From: Gammaproteobacteria bacterium
GTDB taxonomy: Bacteria; Pseudomonadota; Gammaproteobacteria; UBA4575
NCBI GenBank assembly: GCA_013001685.1
Contig: JABDMD010000184.1
Span: 5,139 to 69,138 of the forward strand
Direction: 5' to 3'
Length of the DNA stretch: 64,000 nucleotides
Made by a program: the position numbers and the translations under genes. The notes under the pieces were generated by a model that saw nothing but the letters and a program-made list of their open reading frames with translations, had not been told where the DNA came from and searched no databases. Numbering within the stretch: the stretch's first letter is position 1; each line of letters begins with the position of its first letter. This document shows positions 57,384 to 64,000 of this stretch, piece by piece.

Positions 57384-57388
57384 TTAAA

Positions 57389-58195
57389 CTATTGGGTTAT
57401 TCCACGTTTACTCGAGGTTATAAAATCCATAAAGCGCTTCACTTCTGGATATTGATCAGCAAGTATTTTTACTTCAGCTAGATTTTCACTTTTTGAATGT
57501 TTACTGCGCACTAACAGCTTATAAGATTTATGCAAAGCCTTAATGCACTCCTCTGAAAACCCCCTACGCTTCAAGCCCTCTTTATTTAGCCCATGCGTAC
57601 TTGCATAATTTCCTGAAGCCATAACATAAGGGGGAAGATCACGGTTCAAGGCTGTACCCATAGCACAAAACGAATGAGCTCCTATACAGCAGAACTGATG
57701 TACTAAAGTAAAACCACCAAGAATAGCAAAATCTTCAACGTTTACATGACCCGCCAATGTGGCTCCATTTGCAAAAGTAATATCATTCTCAATGTTACAG
57801 TCATGGGCAATATGCACATAGGCCATAATCCAATTACGATCACCTATTTTCGTAAAACCCTGATCTTCTTCTGTTCCTCGATTAATTGTCGCATATTCTC
57901 GAATAGTATTATCATTGCCAATAATTAACTCGCTATTCTCACCATGATATTTTTTATCTTGCGGTATTTCTCCAATAGAAGAAAACTGGAAAAAGCGATT
58001 GCCCGTGCCAATAGTGGTTGGCCCTTTTATAACCACATGTGGCCCAATAGTAGTATTTTTACCAATTTTTACACCAGGACCGACAATTGAATAGGCACCA
58101 ATTGAAACATCAGCGTTAATTTCAGCGCTTGAATCAACAATCGCAGTTGGATGTATACCTACCGATTCGTTAATCTTTATGGAAGACTTCTGCAT
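57389..58195 (-). CDS. lpxA: UDP-N-acetylglucosamine (or UDP-GlcNAc3N) O-acyltransferase
   Basis: 268 aa left-handed beta-helix. Collinear with E. coli LpxA throughout (HPTAIV..., IAHDC, PPY, GLKRRGFS). It is convergent with lpxB, with a 5 bp gap. Confidence 0.85.
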   Translation of the reverse strand: MQKSSIKINESVGIHPTAIVDSSAEINADVSIGAYSIVGPGVKIGKNTTIGPHVVIKGPTTIGTGNRFFQFSSIGEIPQDKKYHGENSELIIGNDNTIREYATINRGTEEDQGFTKIGDRNWIMAYVHIAHDCNIENDITFANGATLAGHVNVEDFAILGGFTLVHQFCCIGAHSFCAMGTALNRDLPPYVMASGNYASTHGLNKEGLKRRGFSEECIKALHKSYKLLVRSKHSKSENLAEVKILADQYPEVKRFMDFITSSKRGITQ

Positions 58196-58203
58196 GCTTA
58201 ACG

Positions 58204-58656
58204 TTAACTTGTCTCAACTTCCTTAAATACACACATCAACTCAGCGCTTGCCGCTACCTCATCCTCAACAGAAGCCACCGCTTCAAAAACCCCATAACCC
58301 CGTTTATGCCTCTTAAGTCGAACATCTAAAATAAGCTGATCTCCTGGCCCAACTTGGCGTTTAAAACGAGCTTTATCTATGCCGACAAATAAATACAGAC
58401 TTTCATCATCTGGACGCCATTCAGGATTACTCAATGCCAACAAACCAGAAGCTTGTGCTAAAGCCTCAAGAATTAGCACTCCCGGCATAACCGGCGCACT
58501 AGGAAAATGGCCTTGAAAAAATGGCTCGTTAAAACTTACATTCTTAATTGCTAATACTGATTTACCAATCTCGCATTTAAGTACACGATCAACTAGTAAA
58601 AAAGGATAACGATGGGGCAGATATTTTAAAATATCATGGATACTCATCTCAGCCAT
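58204..58656 (-). CDS. fabZ: 3-hydroxyacyl-ACP dehydratase
   Basis: 150 aa hotdog fold. [13 protein letters not shown] and FFQGHFP motifs. Confidence 0.9.
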   Translation of the reverse strand: MAEMSIHDILKYLPHRYPFLLVDRVLKCEIGKSVLAIKNVSFNEPFFQGHFPSAPVMPGVLILEALAQASGLLALSNPEWRPDDESLYLFVGIDKARFKRQVGPGDQLILDVRLKRHKRGYGVFEAVASVEDEVAASAELMCVFKEVETS

Positions 58657-58847
58657 ATTTGATATATCCAGCCCTTAATTAAGTGTTTTATGGAACTCTA
58701 GTATTTACAAAATACAAAGCAATATTGTATTTTATACAGATAAAGTGAAATAATTAGTTAGTATAGAAATTACGCCCTTTCAAAAAGACGCTAATTCATA
58801 TCACATTACTCAATCTGAATTATATTATTAAATTTTTGATCTAAAAT

Positions 58848-59351
58848 TTATTGCGGTTTTTGCATTTCTTGTAAGACACGTGCTGTTAAATCTATCTTCT
58901 CGCTTGCATACAGCACGGGTTGAGTCACTACCAAGTCATAACTCTCAGCCTTAGCAACCACTACAATGATCTCATGTACTTTCTTTTGTAATTTACCAAG
59001 CTCTTCATTGCGACGGATATTAAAGTCTTCTCTTAGCTCATCTTGCTGACGATTATATTCTCGCTTTCTATTTAATATCTTTTTTTCTAATTCACCACGA
59101 TTCTTATCATTCATAATCGGGCCATCATTTTTCAGAGTCTCTTCAAGCTTTAAGATTTCATCGCGCACAGTAGTAAGTTTTTTATCACGATTTGAAAACT
59201 CTGACTCCAATCCTTTTCGAGCAGCCTCTGCTTGTGGCGACTTTTCCATCAACTCTACCATATTAACAAAACCAATTTTAGTTTCAGCCATTAAAGTTAT
59301 TGGTGAAACCAATACCATAACTACAAATAATTTCACCATTCTATTAAACAT
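58848..59351 (-). CDS. skp: Periplasmic chaperone Skp (OmpH)
   Basis: 167 aa. Signal peptide and coiled-coil-rich body, located immediately downstream of bamA. Confidence 0.7.
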   Translation of the reverse strand: MFNRMVKLFVVMVLVSPITLMAETKIGFVNMVELMEKSPQAEAARKGLESEFSNRDKKLTTVRDEILKLEETLKNDGPIMNDKNRGELEKKILNRKREYNRQQDELREDFNIRRNEELGKLQKKVHEIIVVVAKAESYDLVVTQPVLYASEKIDLTARVLQEMQKPQ

Positions 59352-59371
59352 AAAACGTGTTTCTCCTAAAC

Positions 59372-61660
59372 TTAAAAGCTTGTCCCTAAATTAAATTGAA
59401 AGGTTTCTGTATCATCTCCTGACTGGTCGTTAAATGGCGCAGCTAATGCAGCACTTACACCTCCCAACCCAGTAATCCAGCTTAACCCCAACCCTGTCGA
59501 CCCTCTTATATCACCAGAATCAAAATCATCAAACTCTTCAAATACATTCCCTAGATCTACAAATAATGCCAAACGCCCTCGATTTTTATTTTCTAAAAAT
59601 GGAATAGGAAACAAAACCTGTGCCCTTGCTGCAGTTAAAAAATTTCCACCAAACGAATCACCAAACGAATCGCGCGGACCCAAGCTATTATTTTCATACC
59701 CACGTACCGAGTCAAAGCCACCCGCTCTAAATTTCTCAAAAAACGGTAAATCTGATGTATCTCCGTACTGATCACCATAACCGATTTCACTGCTTAGTGA
59801 CAGAGTGAACGTCTCCCCCAGGGGGAAGTAAAATGCATTTTCAAGACTAACTTTATAAAATTCTAGGTCACTCCCTGGCACGGAAAACTCAAGACCAACT
59901 GTTTGCCGATTACCTTTATTTGGGAAGAGACTCCGATTTCGCGTGTCATGGGTAAAATTCGTATTTAAAGTAAGGTTGTCATATTCAGTGCCATTTTCTC
60001 GAAGAAAATCCTGCACTTCTAATGGTGTATTAATCGTGGTATCAATTTCAGTATGTCTTAATTGCAGAGTAGTTCCGATGCGATCACGCTCAGTCAGCGG
60101 TATGCCATAATTTACTCTTATAGCATACTGATCTGAGTCAAAGTCAGATATGTCTGCCTCACTAGCTTCAGTTGAGACAAAAGATGCACCAAACCCTCGA
60201 CTTACACCATCAATCGTATAATAAGGGTCTATATAATTAAAATCATATATGGTATTTACTTTGCTAGTATTAATGCGAAACGAAACCGTTTTACCTGTAC
60301 CCAAAAAATTCTCTTGGCTCACACTTGTTGTAATTACAGCCCCTTGACTATCTGAAAGACCGGCACCAATATTAAAACTTCCCGCCAATCTTTCTTCTAT
60401 CGCAACATCTAGATCGACGAAATCATCTACACCTGAAATACGCTTTGTTTCTACTTCCACCGCCTCTACATAAGCTAATCTTTGTAACCTTGCTCGAGAA
60501 GCCTCTACATTTGATTGCGAATACCAACCGCTTTCCATTTGCCGAAGCTCTCTACGATAGACTTCATCACGCGTAGTTTTATGACCAGTAAAGTTAATTC
60601 TTCGCACGTATACACGTTTACCTGGATCAATAAAAAAAGTTAAGTCTACTTTTTTACTCTCTTCATCTATTTCAGGCACAGCGTTGATATTTGGAAAAGC
60701 ATACCCTTCATCCCCCAGTCTACGGGTTATTTCATCATTAGATTTGACAATTTTTGCTCGTGAGAAAACATCGCCTGACTCAAGAGAAATTAAAGATCTC
60801 AACTCTTCTTCTGGAACTAAATATTTTCCAGCAAGCTCTATACTATTAACCGTATACTGCTCACCCTCTTCCACATTAATGGTGATAAATATGTCTTCTT
60901 TATTGGGACTGATTGATACCTGCGTAGTAGGAATATCAAACTTTAAGTAGCCTTCATTTAAATATTGAGAACGCAAAATTTCGATATCTCCTTGTAGCTT
61001 CTGTTTAGCATATCGATCTCTAGATCCCCAGAATTTGTACCAAGGCTTCAGCCCTGACTCGAAATCTTCGATAAGATCATCTTCTTCAAAAACTGTGTTA
61101 CCTACAATCTTTACTTGTTTAATTTTTGCCGCGTCACCCTCTATAATATGAATTCCTATATCAACACGATTTCTTTCTAACTCTCTAATTTGTGTATCTA
61201 TGATTACACTATATTTACCAAAGGCAAAATACTGCTGAATTAACTCATTCTCAAGCCTTTCAAGTACTGAACGATTAAATACACGCCCTTGTGCGATCCC
61301 AACATCTGTTAGCACTTTTGCTAGTTGTTCATCATCAAGTATTTTATTGCCATCAAAACTCAAACTTGCAATGGCAGGTTTTTCTTGAACAGTAACTACC
61401 AAAATATTACCTTCACGACGTAATTGAATATCTTTAAAGAAGCCGGACTTATAAAGTTCGCGAGCAATTCTAGCGGTATTATTTTCATCTAATTCATCAC
61501 CCACTTTCACTGGGAGATAAGTAAATACTGTACCTGCCTCAATTCGCTCCAAACCCTCAATTTGAATATCTTGTAAACGGAACTTTTCTGCCAAAACTGG
61601 TGAAGAGGTGGAAACAAGTAGACAAACAAGCAAAAGTCGCTTGATTAAAATTGACTCCAT
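59372..61660 (-). CDS. bamA: Outer membrane protein assembly factor BamA
   Basis: 762 aa. Signal peptide, POTRA repeats, C-terminal beta-barrel ending in an aromatic residue (…NLGTSF). Confidence 0.85.
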   Translation of the reverse strand: MESILIKRLLLVCLLVSTSSPVLAEKFRLQDIQIEGLERIEAGTVFTYLPVKVGDELDENNTARIARELYKSGFFKDIQLRREGNILVVTVQEKPAIASLSFDGNKILDDEQLAKVLTDVGIAQGRVFNRSVLERLENELIQQYFAFGKYSVIIDTQIRELERNRVDIGIHIIEGDAAKIKQVKIVGNTVFEEDDLIEDFESGLKPWYKFWGSRDRYAKQKLQGDIEILRSQYLNEGYLKFDIPTTQVSISPNKEDIFITINVEEGEQYTVNSIELAGKYLVPEEELRSLISLESGDVFSRAKIVKSNDEITRRLGDEGYAFPNINAVPEIDEESKKVDLTFFIDPGKRVYVRRINFTGHKTTRDEVYRRELRQMESGWYSQSNVEASRARLQRLAYVEAVEVETKRISGVDDFVDLDVAIEERLAGSFNIGAGLSDSQGAVITTSVSQENFLGTGKTVSFRINTSKVNTIYDFNYIDPYYTIDGVSRGFGASFVSTEASEADISDFDSDQYAIRVNYGIPLTERDRIGTTLQLRHTEIDTTINTPLEVQDFLRENGTEYDNLTLNTNFTHDTRNRSLFPNKGNRQTVGLEFSVPGSDLEFYKVSLENAFYFPLGETFTLSLSSEIGYGDQYGDTSDLPFFEKFRAGGFDSVRGYENNSLGPRDSFGDSFGGNFLTAARAQVLFPIPFLENKNRGRLALFVDLGNVFEEFDDFDSGDIRGSTGLGLSWITGLGGVSAALAAPFNDQSGDDTETFQFNLGTSF

Positions 61661-61685
61661 ATTATATTTTTTATTTCTAAATTAT

Positions 61686-63044
61686 TTATTGTAACAAGCG
61701 TTGAATATCATTATAAAATGCTAAACTCATTAACCCTGCCAACATGATGATGCCTAATCTTTGACCTGCAGCTTCAAACTTCTCAGAAACAGGACTACCT
61801 TTCACCATTTCTACCAGATAGTAAAATAAATGACCGCCATCGAGCACAGGAATTGGAAGCAGATTAAGTATACCAATACTGATGCTTATAATCGCTAGCG
61901 CCCCTACAAATGCTGAGAATCCAATCGCTGCGGATACTCCCGCATATTCCGCTATAGTAACCGGACCACTAATATTCTTTAATGATGCCTCTCCTACCAC
62001 AAGCTTCCAAAGTAATTTAAGCGTCAAAATTGAAACTTCCCAAGTCTTCACCAGGCCCTTACCAAATGATTCAATAACCCCATAACGCACCACAACTTTT
62101 TGAGACTCCAATTGCTGTTGGTCTATATATGGATAGGCACCGATTCGCCCAATAACTTTCCCATCAAGCTCATCAGTACTCGGACTGACCTGCACACTTA
62201 ATTGTTCATCACCTCTTTGCAACACAAAATTTATCGGAACCTCAGCACGCTCCTGAATATAGTTAACTAACTCGACCCAAGTGTTAACTTCTTTACCATC
62301 AACACTAACTACTTTGTCACCTTCTTGAATTCCTGCCTTTTTAGCTACACCATTTTTAATTTCGCCAAACCTTGCTTGATATTGATAACGCCATGGCGAG
62401 ATACCAATCTTTTCAAGCAGGTTTCCTTCTGCTAATAGTTGCTTTGTATCATTTAGATCTAGCGTTACTGTTTTTTGCGATGAATCTTCGCGACTCAATG
62501 TTGCACTTACTGAACCATTTTTTAGAGCACTATTCAGCATTTGAATAGTCGTTTGCTGCCAGGTCTTAACCGGCTGATCTTCTATATGTGTAAATGTATC
62601 CCGCGCTTGAATTTGCGCTTGATCGGCAATACTTTGAGATTGTATTTCTCCAATAGTAGGCTTAACTCCATCCACACCTACAACAAAGGTGATCCAATAT
62701 GCAAAAACTGCAAATATAAAATTATAAATCGGCCCTGCTGAGACAATAGCAAATCTTTTCCATACTTTCTGACGATTAAATGCGCGGTGGACTTCGCTAG
62801 CACTTACCTCTCCTTCTCGCTCATCAAGCATCTTCACATAACCACCGAGAGGAATACTCGCAAGAACGTATTCTGTTTTATCCGCACCTGCTAATTTTGT
62901 AAAAAGTGGTTTACCAAAACCAACAGAAAAACGCAAAACTTTTACACCAAGTTTTTTAGCTACCCAATAATGCCCAAATTCATGCACGGTCACAATTATT
63001 CCGACAGCAACAATAAAGGCTAATACATATGTTAAAAATTGCAT
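61686..63044 (-). CDS. rseP: Regulator of sigma-E protease RseP (site-2 protease)
   Basis: 452 aa. HEFGHY zinc motif at the N-terminus, PDZ domains, C-terminal LDGGH. Confidence 0.85.
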   Translation of the reverse strand: MQFLTYVLAFIVAVGIIVTVHEFGHYWVAKKLGVKVLRFSVGFGKPLFTKLAGADKTEYVLASIPLGGYVKMLDEREGEVSASEVHRAFNRQKVWKRFAIVSAGPIYNFIFAVFAYWITFVVGVDGVKPTIGEIQSQSIADQAQIQARDTFTHIEDQPVKTWQQTTIQMLNSALKNGSVSATLSREDSSQKTVTLDLNDTKQLLAEGNLLEKIGISPWRYQYQARFGEIKNGVAKKAGIQEGDKVVSVDGKEVNTWVELVNYIQERAEVPINFVLQRGDEQLSVQVSPSTDELDGKVIGRIGAYPYIDQQQLESQKVVVRYGVIESFGKGLVKTWEVSILTLKLLWKLVVGEASLKNISGPVTIAEYAGVSAAIGFSAFVGALAIISISIGILNLLPIPVLDGGHLFYYLVEMVKGSPVSEKFEAAGQRLGIIMLAGLMSLAFYNDIQRLLQ

Positions 63045-63047
63045 ACT

Positions 63048-64000
63048 CTAATGCCTCACCAGAGAATCACGAATAAAACTTTGTGCATAACTACGCGCTT
63101 GTTGATCTTTTTCAAGTACCACGTCTAATTCATCCACAACAACATGCTCTATGTCTTGTAAAGTAGCATCTATCACAGAAGAAATATCCGTAAAACGAAT
63201 TTTTTCATTTAGAAAAGAGTTAACTGCTACTTCATTTGCAGCGTTCAAAACAGTTGTAGCACTTTGCTGCGCTGCCATTGCATCATAAGCAAGCTGCAAA
63301 CATGGGAAGCGATGATAGTCAGGCTTTGAAAACTCTAGCGCACCAATTTCAGTTAAGTTCAACACATCTACACCTGAATTAATTCGTTGCGGCCATGCTA
63401 GTGCATGTGCAATAGGCACGCGCATATCTGGGTAAGCCATGTGTGCAAGAACCGATCCATCCGGATAAGCTACTAATGAATGCACAATCGACTGAGGATG
63501 AATCACAATTTCTACATCTTTAACGTTAACATCAAATAATTTGCATGCCTCAATTAATTCCAAGCCTTTATTCATCATAGTTGCAGAATCTACCGATATC
63601 TTTTTACCCATTTCCCAATTTGGATGCACACAAGCTTGCTCAGGCGTAATCTCCTCAAATTCTGCTAATGATTTTGTTAAAAAAGGACCTCCAGAAGCAG
63701 TAAGAATGATTTTCTCAATTTCACAACGGTCATTGCCTATAGGTAGACATTGAAATACTGCGTTATGTTCACTATCGATGGGCAACAATTGAGAATTATT
63801 TTGTTTGGCAATTTTCATCAACAAATCACCAGACATTACCAAAGCCTCTTTATTGGCCAGCAATATATTCTTACCAGCCTGAGCTGCTTCTAAAGTTGCG
63901 GGTAAACCAGCCGCACCTACTATGGCTGCCATCACACAATCGATTTCATCATAACTTGCAGCAAGTTTTAATGCGTCCTTACCGCTCGCTAATTCCGGCT
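63048..64000 (-). CDS. dxr: 1-deoxy-D-xylulose 5-phosphate reductoisomerase, partial (N-terminus lies off the window edge)
   Basis: Conserved LANKE and IDSEH motifs. The frame stays open to the window end. Confidence 0.85.
   Translation of the reverse strand, partial: PELASGKDALKLAASYDEIDCVMAAIVGAAGLPATLEAAQAGKNILLANKEALVMSGDLLMKIAKQNNSQLLPIDSEHNAVFQCLPIGNDRCEIEKIILTASGGPFLTKSLAEFEEITPEQACVHPNWEMGKKISVDSATMMNKGLELIEACKLFDVNVKDVEIVIHPQSIVHSLVAYPDGSVLAHMAYPDMRVPIAHALAWPQRINSGVDVLNLTEIGALEFSKPDYHRFPCLQLAYDAMAAQQSATTVLNAANEVAVNSFLNEKIRFTDISSVIDATLQDIEHVVVDELDVVLEKDQQARSYAQSFIRDSLVRH

Overview
This 64 kb window is from a low-GC (about 38%) gammaproteobacterial chromosome and is almost entirely conserved housekeeping genes. 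Gene order resembles Pseudomonas/Legionellales-type chromosomes: leuC-leuD-leuB-asd-fimV; pyrG-kdsA-eno-ftsB-ispD-ispF; tilS-accA-dnaE-rnhB; lpxA-fabZ-skp-bamA-rseP-dxr; lptFG next to pepA-holC-valS. I found no rRNA or tRNA genes, no CRISPR array, no IS element and no integrase island. The less ordinary content is listed here, strongest first. (1) A roughly 200 nt GC-rich intergenic island at 26685-26880 carries seven (A/U)GGA(U/G) motifs and looks like a CsrB/RsmY/RsmZ-type CsrA/RsmA-titrating sRNA, which has no annotation in this window. (2) A compact minus-strand cluster of small unknown ORFs at 36007-37353 (a two-helix membrane protein, a Cys-rich protein and an acidic protein) lies entirely in one reading frame, broken only by stop codons, next to cspA and ybcJ. 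It is either a tightly coupled novel operon or a recently inactivated larger gene. (3) A FimW-like PilZ protein and a FimX-like degenerate REC-PAS-GGDEF-EAL protein sit side by side, with a perfect 2 x 25 bp tandem repeat directly upstream. (4) A translationally coupled Gfo/Idh/MocA oxidoreductase, DegT aminotransferase and lpxB block (gnnA-gnnB-lpxB-like, implying GlcN3N-containing lipid A) is inverted relative to lpxA-fabZ. lpxD, cdsA and uppS are missing from their usual positions. (5) A stand-alone AddA-like UvrD-helicase / PD-(D/E)XK nuclease protein has no AddB partner nearby. Functional calls come from recognising conserved motifs and synteny in the supplied translations; no database search was run. 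The ORF track appears to extend ORFs to the furthest upstream start codon, GTG and TTG included, so several true starts probably lie downstream of the listed 5' ends.
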